Shown here piece after piece: positions 48,148-61,853 of a stretch of 64,000 bases of DNA. A program made the translations under genes and the position numbers. Source of the stretch: Peribolospora baueri (taxonomy: Eukaryota); NCBI GenBank assembly GCA_029717555.1, contig JAMDHS010000005.1, positions 124,001 to 188,000 on the forward strand. The letters are read 5' to 3'. Under the pieces are notes generated by a model. That model was not told the origin of the DNA and did not search any database. It worked only from the letters and a program-made list of their open reading frames with translations. Each line of letters starts with the position of its first letter. The first letter of the stretch is position 1.

Positions 48148-49576
48148 TCACACAAAATTCTGATTCTGCATTGGGTAGGCGTTGGTGTAGCCGAGACCCT
48201 CGGGGTTGGAAGGTGCGAAAAGAGGCTTTGCGTACGGCTTGTCCTGCATCATGCTTCCTGCTTCAACGCGGAGGTTGAAGAGGGTGACGAGGTCGGGGGC
48301 GATGAGCAAGGCGGCGCCAATGCTGGCGTACGGAAAAAGGTGGGAGGGAGCGGGACACGCCGTGCGACAAGAACATGTGAGCCTTCTAGAAGGGAGGAAG
48401 CGCCCAGGCTCACTTGGCTCGTTATGTGACGTCCGAAGCTACTCACACTTCGGGAGCACAGAAAAGGATATAGAACGGAGCGGCCTTGTTGATGTCAGAA
48501 GAAAAGCTCAAGTGTTGCTCGACGAGCCTGTAAACGGCGACTATGAAGAGGGGAACGGTGGTGCCCATGAGAAACATGGATGGACGGCGCTGGATGCCGG
48601 AGACGGTGAAGTTGGCGAGGAGGACGACGCCGTTTATGCCCACGATCTGTAGATGACGGGTGAAGGAGAGGAACGAAAGAGGAGAAGGGGGCGGAAGTGG
48701 CCAAAATACGTCCAATTAGCATGCCACTTCAACGTACCTTCCGCCGAACAGCGGTCCACTCCGGAAGATTAGCATGGGAAGACAAGCGAACACTCACGAC
48801 GACGAGGAAGAGGGCGCTGGAGGCCGTCTTGATCGACTGGAGCGAGTCAATAGAGCTCTGATCACCGTTCTCCGCTTTTTTGTACAAGCTGGAGGAATAA
48901 CCAGTAAGGATGACGATGACCAGGACGATGATCCTGAGCAATCGACACAACTGCTGGACCAGCTGGGGCGCGCCTTGAGGTTTTGTCGTGTTTTTCGGGT
49001 CAGGAAGGTATGGCTTAATGAGCGCTTCGGCGAGGCTAGCGAGGGGCTCTAGCTGTGATCGGATGGGTTGTGAAGTGATAAGGCGGACGCCAAGGGCGAG
49101 AAGCAAGTCAGAGATGGCAATCTCAGTGCGAATGGAAGAGACCGGTCGAAGAAGGCCGCCGGACTGACCAGGAAAGCCATGCCGATAGCCAGGAAGACCT
49201 CCTCGATGACGAAGAGGGTCGTGGTAACGTGTCGGTCGGCTAAGAGCACGCGGATGATGTATGTGATCACGCGCACATGGATGAAGATGCCCGGGCGGAT
49301 GAGGACGAGGGCGCGGGTGCTGGGGCGAAGGGCACGCCAGAGGAGGATAGGTATGAGGGCTGCGTAGACGATGATGAAGATAACAGAACTGCGCCAGTGG
49401 GAAGCGGGGTCGGAATCAGCTGAGCCCAGTTGTCGGTGCTCGTCGTTGTCGGGGACGAAATGCACGTCCTCATTGAGAGCGGACACTCACGGCGCAATGT
49501 CCGTATGGCTGGGCATTCCTCCCAAGAGCGGCGAACCGCCAAAGCTGTTACTCGAGGACGTCGAGTAGGAGGACAT
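48148..49576 (-). CDS. RTA1-like multi-pass membrane protein
   Basis: GGMPSHTDIAP|SVIFIIVYAAL.., ~7 hydrophobic segments and FYILFCAPEV. Five exons with GT-AG introns. Confidence 0.7.
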
Positions 49577-50546
49577 GGTGAGAAGGGGAGTCAACAGACG
49601 CCAAGGGTCCCGTGACAAGAGAGACGAATGTGAGTAGAGAAGAAGGGAGGATAGAAGGGGGAGTGTGCGTGTGAGCGTGGCTAGACGAGGGCTGATAGCG
49701 TCGCCTTCCTCGATGCTGCCTCTCGTTACATTTATAAGAAAGGACGACGAGGCGGCGGCAGTGTGGCGCAACCTCGGTCGCCTCTGGCATCTCTGTTCCG
49801 AGGAAAATACCGAACAAAAAAAAGAGCTTGCCGCACCGCACTCCACCAACGAACGGACGCAACTCCGTCCGAGGGCACGGAGGGGCGATGGCATGGTGAG
49901 ACCTCGGTGGTCGTCGGCGTAACCGCCGATCACCGCCAACATCCGCCGGCCACATGGTCGCACGGCACGAGGCTGTGCCATGTGCCATGTGGGGTGCCGA
50001 GGCGAGCTTCGGCACAGGCACACTCGTTTATCTAAGCAATCGATGTACATACACCGCCCGTCATGGCGAGCCAAAGCTGCGCCTTCGTCTAGGGTTGGAT
50101 GCCGAGCGGGACAAGTGATGAGTGACCCTCTCTTGGTATTGGCCAGCAGCCAGAAAGAGCTCCACAAGGTAAAGAAAGCGTCCGTTTTTGCGCGATCGCA
50201 AGCACGTTGCACTTCCTACTTTCGTCACTGCCTTCTGAGAGCCCGAGTCTTCCCTCCACCCATCGCTAGCGCAACAAAATTTCGGTACATGACTCAAAAC
50301 GTCGACAGGCGGCCCGGTCGTTCAGCGATCTCAGCTCTCTGCTGTGCGGCGCGTTCAAGTCGGATAAGCCGATAAGAAAATCTTTTGCAACCTTTCAGGC
50401 CCGGAACAAAGCAGACCTAACAGGCGCTTCTCGAATGGCATGACGAAGAATACACTTAGGGCGTCGGCGAACGATTCAAGCTCCTCAGGAAGATTTTGGC
50501 AAACCTCCTCGGCCCTCCAGTCCAGCACATCGAGAAATCGCACCTT

Positions 50547-52112
50547 TCAGAACGGCACAGAGGTTTGCGAATGTGCATCGTACCTCTCTCCGCTGGCGAT
50601 GACCCCGTCGATCTCCTTCAGGTCTCCAGGCGTCAACTCTACCTCGGCGGCATCCATGTTCTCGATCACGTTGGGCACCTTCTTCGTTCCTGGGATGGCT
50701 ACCACGCTCGGGTCCTGGGCAAGGACCCAGGCGAGGGTGACCTGGCTTGCAGTGATACCTTTCTTCTCGGCGATCTGCGATGGGGAGAGGAGGTACAGCG
50801 GACGGAAAGAAGAACAATTATCGCACGATCGACGTGAGCTCAACCGACGGTGGAGCGGTTCAAGACGAAATGGGAACCGATACACCGCCGCACCTTCTTA
50901 ATGTCATTGGCGAGCTCGAGGTTATTGGGAAAGTTCTCCTTGCTGAAACGCGGGTTTCCTCGACGCCAGTCGTTCTCGTTCAGGTCTTTGAACTTCTTAA
51001 AACGGCCGACGAGAATTCCGCGGCCGAGCGGGGAGTCTTAAAGCGGCGGAACGGATCGTCAGGATCGTCGCCTCTCCCGTCTCTCCTCCTGGTTGCGACG
51101 GACCGTCCGAGTCGGAAATTCCTCCTCACAAGCGACGACGGCGATCCCCAGTTCCTTGCATAGGTCAAGGATGCCGTTGGACACAATGTTCGGCGTCCAA
51201 GGCGAGAGCTGAGGAGCAGAAAAGGCGCGGCGCAACACAACACAATGGACAAGTTAAGCCAAGAAAGAGGTGCGCACGGACTAGCCGAGACCGACACGCG
51301 ACTCACCTCGATCTGCAGAGCAGCGATCTTGGCGACCTTGGCCGCACGACGTATCTCGTCCGCCGAGTACTCGGAGATGCCGATATGTTTAACCTTGCCG
51401 GCCTCCTGGAGCTCTTTCATCGCGCCGATCGTCTTCTCCACCGTGGCGTTCGTCGCGGAGCGGTGGTGGTAGTAGAGGTCGATATGGTCGGTCTGAGAAC
51501 TGTCCCACAAGGCCTAGTCAGGTCGATCTTACGCAGATGCCCGCCGTCACAGGAGCCAACATAGGAAGATCACTCTCGCGTGCGCACCTGCAACAGCTTG
51601 TGCGACTTCTCCACCGCTTGCTTCACGTATGCGGCGCCGCCAAGAATGTGAAACCGTTCGTCCTCTCCGACGCACAAGCCAAACTGGAAAAGAGAGCACG
51701 AAGCCGCAGAGAGGAACCAGGACGGGAATCGGGACCAATGAGCATCCCGATCGCCACGGACGTGGAAGTCTGGAGGTCTTTGAGGAGCGTGCCGAGCAAC
51801 GCCTCGTTTTCTCCTAGACGTCGGCTTCAAGTGGGAAGGAAGGGTGGGGGAAGAAGAAAAGAGGTGAGGGGGGGGGGCGAGAAGGTATGTGGGTGGGGTG
51901 GTACTTGCGCTCGAGTCCAGAGTGCAGTTTGCCTGCTCGCTTACCGGTGTCGATATGAAGCTTTACGGGCCGGCCGGCATGATGACCTCGAGGACAACCT
52001 TGTGGCTCTCCTCGTCGCCGATCGTCTGACCATAGAGGCTACACAAGGCCATGGATCCAAAGCCTATGGGGTGCACAACTTCACCGCAGAAGGTACGAGT
52101 AGGAGCAAACAT
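50547..52112 (-). pseudogene. Aldo-keto reductase (YakC/pyridoxal reductase-like), disrupted
   Basis: PIGFGSM, IDT|ADV, TDHIDLYYHHR, GKVKHIGISE, YSPLGRG, PRFSKENF, QVTLAWVL and IPGTKK are recognisable. Frameshifts give stops at 51965-51963 and 51816-51814, and the IATK motif and its splice donor are missing. Confidence 0.8.
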
Positions 52113-53263
52113 GATAGAAGGTGGGTTTCGCTGTCTGTTCGTTGCGAGGATGGATGGAATGAGTCGATGAGGATGGAAGGAATCGATGAGGATCGCAGGT
52201 GTTGATGGAAGACTCGAGGCGGCCGGAAGCTTGTCTTATATCGAAAACACGTCTTCGCAAGTGACTTCATCGAAGGATCGCTTCGTCCACCTCCACACCT
52301 CCACCTCCACCATCCGTACCATGTTTGTTCAAGTTTTCGGAGGCATTAGCGGCCCTTTATTGCGGATTGTGTCCGGCCCGTCGCTCGGACAGGATGTGGA
52401 AGTGTGGAGGTGGAGGGCGAAAAAGGGATTTCAAATTGGAGATCGTCGATCGTCAGGCCACTCATTAGGGGCCATGAGGCAACGGACAATCAGTCGACCA
52501 TGGCAGTTGCGTAGGCGAGGGAGTAGAGGGCCGGGAGTGGAGGTGACGGCGGTGGAACGATCGAAAGACGATAAAGGATCCGTGGAAGGTTGCTAAGCAT
52601 GTGTGAGCTCTTCGAACGACCAGCCAAGACGACGATCGGTGCTTGACGACCGACGACAGACTACTGCCTTCGGCCTTCACGTAGCTGTCTGTGTAAGGTG
52701 CAAGGTGCGAGCATGGAAACTCTCCGAAAGACTAGCGCGACAATCGACCAGTGCTCGACGACCGACAACGGTTCCTGCCAAAATGCGCTGTGTCGCGGAA
52801 TGGAAGATGGCTGGTCACGTGGATTCTTGGAACGATCAGCTTCCACCTCAACCTCCACATCGACTTCTTCCTGCGGACCTCGCCATCGCGTTAGTCTGTG
52901 CCGCCCCATGCTCTCTCTATTTAATCAACCTCCACCTCCACCGCCACCTCCTCCATCAGGAATCTAGAGCACCTTGGCCTTCTCTCCTCTCCCGGCGCGA
53001 GTCAGGAGACGTCCCTGGGCGTTCAATTAGGACAAACAGATGGGAAAGAGCGGGGAAGGAGCGCATGGAAAAAATGGGAGCAAGAAACATTTTCGAGAAA
53101 TAGAATGGACAGGAATAAACAAAAGAGCAAAAATGTATCCGACACAACGTGGGGAAGAGGATGTACTCTGTCAAATTCGTGTCATTTTTACAGGGTTAAG
53201 GAGAGTAGTAGCCCAGCCCTCCTCCCGACCGGTCGACCGACCGGATCCCCTCCACTCTTTCCT

Positions 53264-55652
53264 TCATTCCAAATTCGTCGCGTACCTCCCGCCTCCGTAT
53301 CCGGGTCCCGGCCCGCCCATCACATGCTGCTGCTGCTGTTGTTGTTGTTGTTGTTGAGACGATGGCGCGGGCATATACGGTCCACGGGGGCTGGAGGGTC
53401 GGCTCCCCGGGCCACCATGGCCTTGGAGCCAAGGCTGCTGCGGGCTCTCCACGGTGTAGTAATAAGGGTCGACGTACGGAGACGGGTGGTCGCCCGGAGA
53501 GCCAGCCGTGCCGGCCGTGCCCAGCGATCGCTCAACTTCGTAAGCGCCGCCCGGCTGGAGCGCGGCGGGAGGAGCGCCGGGGTAGAGATTCGCTGGCCGC
53601 TTGTGGATTTGCAGAGGGCGCGTCGCCGGCCCGTCCGGATCCGCACCACCTCCTCCTCCACCCACGGATCCTGGAGAAGAAGATATGGCGCCGGGGCCAT
53701 CGACGTCGCCGCCGCCGGAAGGCGCGTTGACGTTGACAGCACTGGCGTTCGGGGAGCGCGCAAAAGCCGCTCGGCGGAAGGCGGCCGCGCTGATCTTGCG
53801 CCCTTCCGTGTGCGGCTCGTACCCTCCTGCTCCCTGAGAAATGGGGGGGGGTGCGCGAGGCGACGGAGGGGCGGCCGCCGCCCGTACACTCCGGCCGCCA
53901 GGCGAGCCTGGCTGTGAGCTCTCACCTCCCGTGCCGCCAGTGACGAATGCGTGCGCCGTGGCGGTGTTGAGCGGGGGAGGCATGACGGGAGGGGTGGCGA
54001 AGTAGGTCGCGCCACGGACGATAGCCGTATCGCTGCTGTTGCGGTACGCGAGGTCCGACGAGGCGTCGTCCTCCGGATCGGGGGCGTTGTAACTCGTGGG
54101 CGGTGGATGTTGGGAATAGGCCGGCACGGGCTCGTCCTGTTCATGATCCGGCAATCCATCCGGCCCCCTCCTTTCGCCGTCTCCCCCTCCGGCGCCCGCG
54201 CCATCGGGCGAGGAGTAGTCGATGCCCAAGCTACCCGAACCGAACCCGCCGACGCCGGCGCCGCTAGGATGAAGGGGCTGAGAGCCGGCGGCTTCGGCCT
54301 GCACGGCGGATTGAGCATCGACGGGAACGTCAGCGGAACCGATATTGGGGGACCCTTGGCCCTCTGCATCCACCCGATCACCGGCGGCGACGCCAGCCTC
54401 GTCGACAGCCCCGGTGACTGAGCGACCCCACTCGTCACCGGGCGTGCCGACGGCGCCGGAGCCGTCCAAGTCATAGCCGGCACCCGCGCGCGACGTTCCG
54501 ATCGTGCTTTCCGCCCAGTACTGCGAGTGTTGCGTGCCCAAAGGCAAGCTGCCAGGCACGCTGACAGTGCTGTGTTGCTGATGGTGCCCGAAGACGCCAG
54601 GACTGAGCTCGCCGCCGCCGGTGGAGTCGACGCCAAAGTCGGTGTTGGCCACGGGGGTGAAGGTCACGTCGGCGACGCATCGCGTCGCCTCGGCGAGTAG
54701 CGCATCCGTCCTGGCCGCTCCCTCATACGGCCTACGAAGGTGGCCGGGGAGGGTCGGAGCCAATGGGATCTCTTCGAGGACGAGCTTGGAGAGCTCAGCG
54801 ATAACCTGGAGGGCGTGCAAAGACGAGAACGAAGGCAAGAGAGGTCAGCGAACGGCTCAGAAACACGGCTCGAGGGCGCCGAGCGGATCGCGAAACGACT
54901 CACCGTCGTCTTCTCGGCCATCTCCAAGAGACCTCCGGCCTTAAGCCCCAAAGCCTCCTTGGCTGTCCTCCGCTTGAAGTCACCCAGCTTGGCCTCCTCC
55001 TCGAGGACATCCCTGTGCAACGCCTGCATCTCATTTTGCATGTCCTCCAGCTTCCTGGTGGTGTTCGGCAGTTCCTTGTTTTCCGGGCCCATCTTGCTCA
55101 GCTTCTTCTCCACGCTCTCGATCCGGGAGGCCAACGACGCCTTGCGCTTCTTGAGCTCGGACAAACCCTCGGCGCGCGTACGGACGGCCTTGAAGTGCAG
55201 TCGGAGTTGGGCGAGGTGGGAGGAGAAGCGGTTGAGGGCGGAAGAGTGGTGGTCGAGCATTTGAGAGAGCTTGCTCATCACGTCGCCCAGGTCTTCACCT
55301 TCCTCTTCTCCCCACGCCTTGAGGGCGTCCGACGCTTTCTTCGCTTCAGCGGCGCATCGTGCGTTTCTTTAGGGTGATGAGAGGTGAACGGAGGAGAGGA
55401 GCATGAAGGAAGAAGGACATGGAGGTAGAAGAGGCGAGCGTGAGGCTGCGCGAAGCTGAAGGACGGAGGACGGAGAGGTACGTGGTTACATAACCCGCCC
55501 ACAGGTGCCTGCGCGCGGGCGGGCACTCACGCGGTCATGTAGCTCTTCTCGGCGGTGATGACGTGCTGTAGCGCCTTGTTTGCGGAGCTGCCGAGGGAGG
55601 GCACGGTGGTGGTGTGCGCGACCTGGCGCTTTGCGTTCTTGAGGAAGGACAT
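53264..55652 (-). CDS. Eisosome PIL1/LSP1-domain (BAR-like) protein with Pro/Gly/Gln-rich tail
   Basis: LQHVITAEKS..ASDALKAWGEEEGEDLGDVMSKL..LRLHFKAVRTR..KLSKMGPENKEL..LGDFKRRTAKEALGLKAGGLLEMAEKTT|VIAELSKLVLEEIPL..RRPYEG. Three exons. Confidence 0.8.
53326..53355 (-). repeat. (CAA)n(CAG)n polyglutamine microsatellite
   Basis: tgctgc..gttgttg on the + strand, encoding Q10. Confidence 0.9.
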
Positions 55653-56725
55653 GGCCGGGGCGAGAGTGGGAGTCCAGTCCGGACCGGACCGGACAAGAGT
55701 GAAAGAGCGGTGGTCGCGAACCTGGACGGGCGAGCTGGCAACGAGCGGAGACGGCGAGGGCGAGACAGGTGGTGGTGAGTGGCAAGGACGAGGATGGCGT
55801 TGGCGAGATGGATGAACCGATTGCGAGATCCACTGCGGGGACCTCTTCGACGCCGATCGGACGCGTGCGTGCCTGCGCCGGAGTGGAGGTGATTCTGAGT
55901 CTGAGACGGGCGGGACGAATAAGATATCAAGGCTGTCTAGGCTGGGCGAGGCGAGAGCGAGCAGGAGAGAAAGAGGGCAAGAGAGAGAAAGATCAAGGCG
56001 GAAGGATGGCGAGAAGGAGGGCGGATGGTGGACGCGAGGAAAGGGGGAGAGAGAGACACAACGCCTGATGAACTGACTAACTTGACTTGACTTGCTTCCG
56101 GGCCTTGTCCGTATAAAGTCCTTTCGTCGTTCCTTAGCACCGCCTCGCCGCGACCTGATGCATCATCCGATAGCCCTGGCACGGCACCTTTGCGTCACAG
56201 CGATACCGGACCAAGCGATTAAGTAACGGACGTGCGATAATGGTAGATAGCGGTCGAAATGTAAACAATGCTTTACGACATCAGGTAGCTGCGACAAAGG
56301 TCCGTAATAGTTACCTCCGGATCTCAACCCCAGAGCGCCGACGGGAAGGACGAAAGAAATAGAAGGAAAGAAAATGGGGAAAGATCCACAAACGCCTTTC
56401 GCCACAGGAAGCCCTAGAAGCTAGAAGCCCCGGACGGCCGCCGAGGGCCAAAAGACGTATGGTACATGCAAGACGGAAGAGATCGCACGCGCGTCCTCCG
56501 GGTCGCCAGCGACGCGCACAAGGACACGGGTGGCTCGTGCCGCTTTCCGACCGACCGAGGAGAGGCAGGCGGGGAGAGGAAGGACGGAGTGGAAGGGAGA
56601 GAGGAAATGCGAATGAATGTGAACCGCGTGTGTTCCGCTTAAGCCAGACGGTTTAATTCATGCACAGATGGAAGGGGGAAGGCATGGGCGGACGGTCGGG
56701 ACACGACGGACAGGCATCGCTTCCT

Positions 56726-58587
56726 TCACTTGAGCGGGCTGAACGGCAAGGGCACCATGATTTGCGCGTTCATTTTCTGTACCAGCTTGACGGTCTGTGG
56801 ATGAGAAAGAAGCACAGGCGAACGGACGTCAGATCGAGGAAGAGAAGGAGTCATGTCATGCCGTCTTTCCTTGTCCTTCTGCCGTCACGCCAAACGCAGC
56901 AGGATATGGGCAGGGACAGAGGAAAGGGCAAAGTCATACGGTTCCGCACCTGGCTAACAGTGTCGCTCCATGTGTCGACCTGCCAGGCCTGGTCGCGCGT
57001 CGTCTTGCGCGCTTCGAGGCTCGGGTACGCCCAGATGTGATACACGGTGTGCAGCCGGCCGATCTGCGTGAACCACGCGCCGATGGGCTCAACGAACTGT
57101 CTGCGCGCTTCCAGACCGCGTCGCCTGCACAGAACGGCCGCCAGTCGACCGTGAGCATGTCACCAGGAAGGCAAAGCGGACGAATACAAGCGACCTCAAA
57201 TAGAGCTCACCAGTGCGACTCCCACTCGAGCAGCTTCCCAGGAATGAGCTCGTACTGCCTCAACTCGTATATACCGCCCGTCTCGCGCGGAGGGCTGGAG
57301 GCCCAGAAGGCAAACTCTTGGATCATATCAGACGAGCGAGATTCGATCAAAGGGACCAGCTTGGCTAGAAACTCTTTGCGATCCTGGTGAGAAGCGCACA
57401 GAAGAACATAAGAGCCACGTGAGACAAGGATGAATCAAACTTTGAAACCGAAAAGCAATAGAGAAGATAGCTAGATGCAACGCAAAACATGAGCACGAGC
57501 TCCTTGCGCGCGCCACGCAAACTCACGGGCGCCCTGTTGATCAGGTCGGTGGTGCGGTCATAGCCGGCATAGCCCTGGTACTCCCAAATGTGGTCTGTTC
57601 GGGCCATAATAATGGACGAAAAAATGAGGCCGGAGAAAGGCCTCGCCGTGATGAGAGTAAGGAAAACGTCCGCTCACAGAAAGTGTCCATCTCTCCCACT
57701 TGAACATGCCAGCTACCGGTATGATGGAGGTTGTATTCTGGAACAGCGGCCAATCTGGGATAGTAATCGGCGCTGTGTCATATCAGGGGGGAGGGGGGGG
57801 CGAGAATCCGTCAGTAAAGCAGCCGGCATACATAGCACAGCACGGCATCGAGAAAGACGCTTCGTGAGAACCTTGACTGGGGCTGCTTCAAGTATGTTTA
57901 GCCAACTCACATGACCGCCTTGTACTCGTCCACCTTGTCGGCATGAACCTTGTGTTCTAATAACGAGGCGAGAAGGAAGGGCTGGTGAGTGGCATCTGGC
58001 AGGAGCTCGAACACCAGGGCCAAGGCACCACAAACACTCGTAGGTCTGGCCTGCTGTGCGTACTCACTCTGAATCTCGTGGATGTATTTGCCCCTTCCGA
58101 CCGTCTTACTGTGGCTTTCGTGCGTCAGCAAACCTTCGGCTTGCGCTCCCTCGGAACCATGAAGGAGAGACTGTACATGGCACACGAATAGAAGTAGCCA
58201 TGAATAAAAGATGTCTTCCTCTGGTTAAAATGCGGAAATAGGACAAAAGAAGGACAACCACAAGTCTAGCGCCGCACGTCCTCCCCTTGAACTTACCCTC
58301 ACGAGACCCCGCTTCCTGGGCTTCACGCCCTCTGCGCCTTCGTCCCTTCCCTCGCCTTTATCGAATTTGTCTTGGTCCCTAGCACTAACGCTGAAGGGCC
58401 GGGCGGTGGCAAGAAGCGCGTTTCGCGAAACCTGAGTCACCGCGGAGGAAGCAGCGCTGGCTTCCTCTGCCGTGGCGCGCACCGCGCTCAGATGAGTGGT
58501 CGCGGCGGAGGCGGGGAGGACGAGACGACGCGAAGGAGTTTGGCGAAGGGCGTGGAAAAGGCGGGCCGTTGAGGCGCGAGCGGCCAT
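56726..58587 (-). CDS. NIPSNAP family mitochondrial protein
   Basis: Presequence, then SLLHGS..HSKTVGRGKYIHEIQ, GSWHVQVGEMDTF|YHIWEYQGY, GGIYELRQYELIPGKLLEWE, GAWFTQIGRLHTVYHIWAYP, ending PLPFSPLK*. About eight exons. Confidence 0.93.
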
Positions 58588-59092
58588 GACGAGATAGCTA
58601 TGTGAAGTGCTTTTGTTGTGCTTGTGTCGAAGGAGGAGGAGGATAGAGAGCAGCAAGGAAGACGGGCGAGACGAAGATGGAAAGAGGGTGTCGAGACTAA
58701 CCGACGCCTGCGGGGACCCGCGATCGCGTCAAACTGATCGACTCCGCATCACGTGACAACCAACATTTCCCCGATGCGTTGGTTATGATATTTTTGAGAT
58801 AGTATGAAACCCCGTATTATTTGACAATAGACCGTTCCCCGACTCGCAGCGGGCTAGAGACGGAGGTGGATCACGTGCTCGATTCAGTCTACGCATGTCT
58901 CGATTGCCTTACCCATTTTTGGGGGCGACGGCTCAATGCTCCTTCCTAACCGTCGACGAATGAAAACAGCGAGCTTCGCGACAGATTCTCCAAATTATCC
59001 CGATTGCACGACTTAACTCGTCTAGATGGCTCACACGTGTTGCAAGCAACATTTTTGGGGACAGAGGGGCGTTAACACAGGAACCTGTTGTA

Positions 59093-61853
59093 TCACCGCC
59101 AAACCTTCTCCGGCAAGGCAAACCGTCCCCAAAGGCTCAACGTCTTTGCCAGGGCCTTGTGTGCCTCAACCTGGAACGGCTCGTACGGGAATCTTTCACC
59201 GTCGATGCTCAGCAGGCCACCTTGGTAGGGTGGTTTGAAAGGCTTGTCGGCCATGGACGACACGGCGGTGCCGCCGGAGGTCGAAGAGGCGGTTGTGGTT
59301 GCAGAGACGGAACGGCCATGCGAACGAGTTGAACCGTTTCGGCCAATGGTGCCGTTCGCTGACGAGCGAGGGGAGCCTGGTCCTGAACGGTGATCGTCTT
59401 GAGGCGCCGTGGCGGCTTGCGAGTCGGAGCTTCGTCCGCTCGCCGTGGACGTAGGACCATCCAAACCGCTTGTACCCTGCCCCTCCCCCTCTCCTGTCGC
59501 CAGCTCCTGCGCCTGCGCCTGATCGTCCGCCATCGGTTTCCAAAGATGCCTCGGCGTCACTCGATAGGCCTCCACCTTGTAGTACCTAATCAACTTGTGG
59601 TAAGGCATCATCCCCGTGCTGCCCTCGTCCATCACCTTAAGCTTCGCCATCCTCCCGCCGTCGGCAAGGAGGATGCACAGGTCGATCAAGCCATCTCCCG
59701 GAATGGCGAAGGGAAACTCGAGGCCGTCCCGTGAGAGGTAGGGCAGAGTGCCACCCACTATCGTCGTAGCCCGAGCCGAGAAGCGGGTCCAGGGAATAGT
59801 CGACGACGATGTCGCGCCGTCGCTATTCGAGAGGCCTTCGGCGGTCGGTGATCGCGAGGGTGACGCCGCAGACTTGGTCCCCTCCACCTGGTCCGGAAGC
59901 TGGCCTGGCAACAAGTCTGGGTCTTCCAAGCTCATTTCGTCCATCTGAGCGGGAAGGGGATCCGAGACGGTGCCATGTGCCAAGCCGGGCATCCCTTCTT
60001 CGCCACCTTGCTCCGAACCATTGTCGCCATCCCGCACAGGTGCCTCATTGCAACACGCCGCGGCCATCCTTTGCTTTCTCACGTCGTTCCTCATCACCAG
60101 CTTCCTCGTGTCACGGACTTTGGCCTCAAGGATGACGTCGCACTCACGTTTAGCGAGCACGCCCTGGACGTACCCAATGATGAAGCGCATGTCTCCGAAG
60201 GAGCGCAAGTGTTCCGTCCCGAGGTCGCAATCCGCCACGAGGCCGATTGTCTGGGACAGGAAGGAGTACGATCTGCGATCGCCTTGAGTCACGCTGCACA
60301 GGTCCAGTGGGAAGGGTCGGCCTTTGATGACGGTCAGACAGGCGAGCGCGAGGTTGAAGCCTTGCTCCGGGCCGAAGAGGTTGAGGGCCAGGGCATTTCC
60401 GGAGCCTATGAAAGAGGTCCCGAAGACGAAGACGGCAGCGCCGAAGGGAACAAACACGTCAGAACTCTCAGGGTCGTGGTGATGGTAAGCCTACACACAA
60501 GCCAATATGGAAGCGCCCCTCACCCGTCGGTACAGGACACACCGGCATGTTGAGCGCCCGCTTCGCGTCCTTTCGGCTGGCGAAACCGTTGAGAACTTCA
60601 TGCAGGATGCCGTCGCCGCTGACGCAGACGACGGCGTCGAACTGGTCAATGGGCAGCTCCGCCGCGATCTCGTAGCCATGATTCCGATGAGTCGTGTCTG
60701 GAGATCGGGAGAGGCGAAGGGAGCGGAAATCGGGCATGAGCAAAGGACCAACAGGAAGCACGAATAGAGGCCGAGACGAGAAGCTCACAGGTAATGTCCA
60801 AACGGCACTGAGCAGCGTCCAAGATAGGTCGGACCTTGGTCTCGAACAGCATTTTGGCTTTCCCTGGACCGCCCACTGGATTGACGAGCACCTTGAGGCG
60901 CTTGCGCGGCGCCACGCCTGAAGGAGGAGGAACGCGCGATTGGGACATGAGCACAGGGATCAAGCACGGTATATCAGACTGACCAAAGCTACGATTGCGC
61001 TCTTAATCTCCTAGCGATGAAAAAAAAGGATGGAAAATAGCAAATACCGCGGGGATGCGGCAAAAGTGCCTGCTCACTCACCCTCATAGGCCCTTCGCAT
61101 CACTTCGTCCACCCAAGCCGGCGCCTTCTCCAACGCAGCTTCACCAACGACCCTCGCCTCGATCTTGACGAGTCTCATGTTTCTTGCCTCCACCTCTGCG
61201 CGAATGTCACTCCCTGTTCCTCTCTCAGTGTCATTCAAGCTTCTCCTTTCGTCCGAAGACGAGCTGGCGCCGACGATGGGGGCAGACTGAGATGGAGAGG
61301 GGTGGGTTAAGGAGGGAGAAGAGGATGACGAGGGTGCGGAAAAGTATGGGGAGAAAGAGGGAGACTTCTTGCCGTAGGACGGCAAGACGCGCACGAAAAG
61401 CTCGCCCCCGTCAGCGTCCGGGACGAAGGACACGTGGAGGACTTGGAGGAGGGGAGCGGACAGAATTGGGTAGGAGAGATCTGTTTGTAAGAGGGTGGTA
61501 GGTGTATGAAGCAGCAAGGAGGGAAAGAAGGTCAAGACCGAAGTTGAGACCAAGCCATATGAGAAATGCGGAGTGCTAGCGACACGCACCCAACGTCGGA
61601 GAGACCGCGTCGCCATCTGATAACGAAAGTGTAGAAGGGGAAGCTGAAAATTGACATCCTGGCCCAGCCGCCTTTCGCCGAATCGCAGAGAGCAGAAGCA
61701 AGGCCCGGTTGACGCACCTTGACTCGAGCTCCTCTCCTTCCCCTTGTCTCGCACGACATAGAATCTGCCTTGATGATAGACCAACTTTGCGTGCTTTCCA
61801 TCCAACGTAACTTGCAGCACGGCTTCCTCGGGAGGTGGCGGGGGTGGTTCCAT
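59093..61853 (-). CDS. LCB4: Sphingoid long-chain base kinase (DAGK catalytic family)
   Basis: VLVNPVGGPGKA, VCVSGDGILHEVLNG, PVPT|GSGNALA, PLDLC, ADCDLGTEHLRSFGDMRF, PGDGLIDL, YYKVEAYRVTP, SIDGERFPYEPFQVEAH. Confidence 0.92.

Noticed and set aside
39377..52112. Epimerase, M20, acyl-CoA oxidase, RTA1 and AKR as a secondary-metabolite cluster
   Set aside because: There is no backbone enzyme or cluster regulator and no evidence of co-regulation.
53105..54636. Long overlapping and antisense ORFs (e.g. 438 aa and 270 aa; many similar across the window)
   Set aside because: These are shadow ORFs caused by high GC over real genes. They are Arg/Pro/Ser-rich, often start at GTG/TTG and have no domains.
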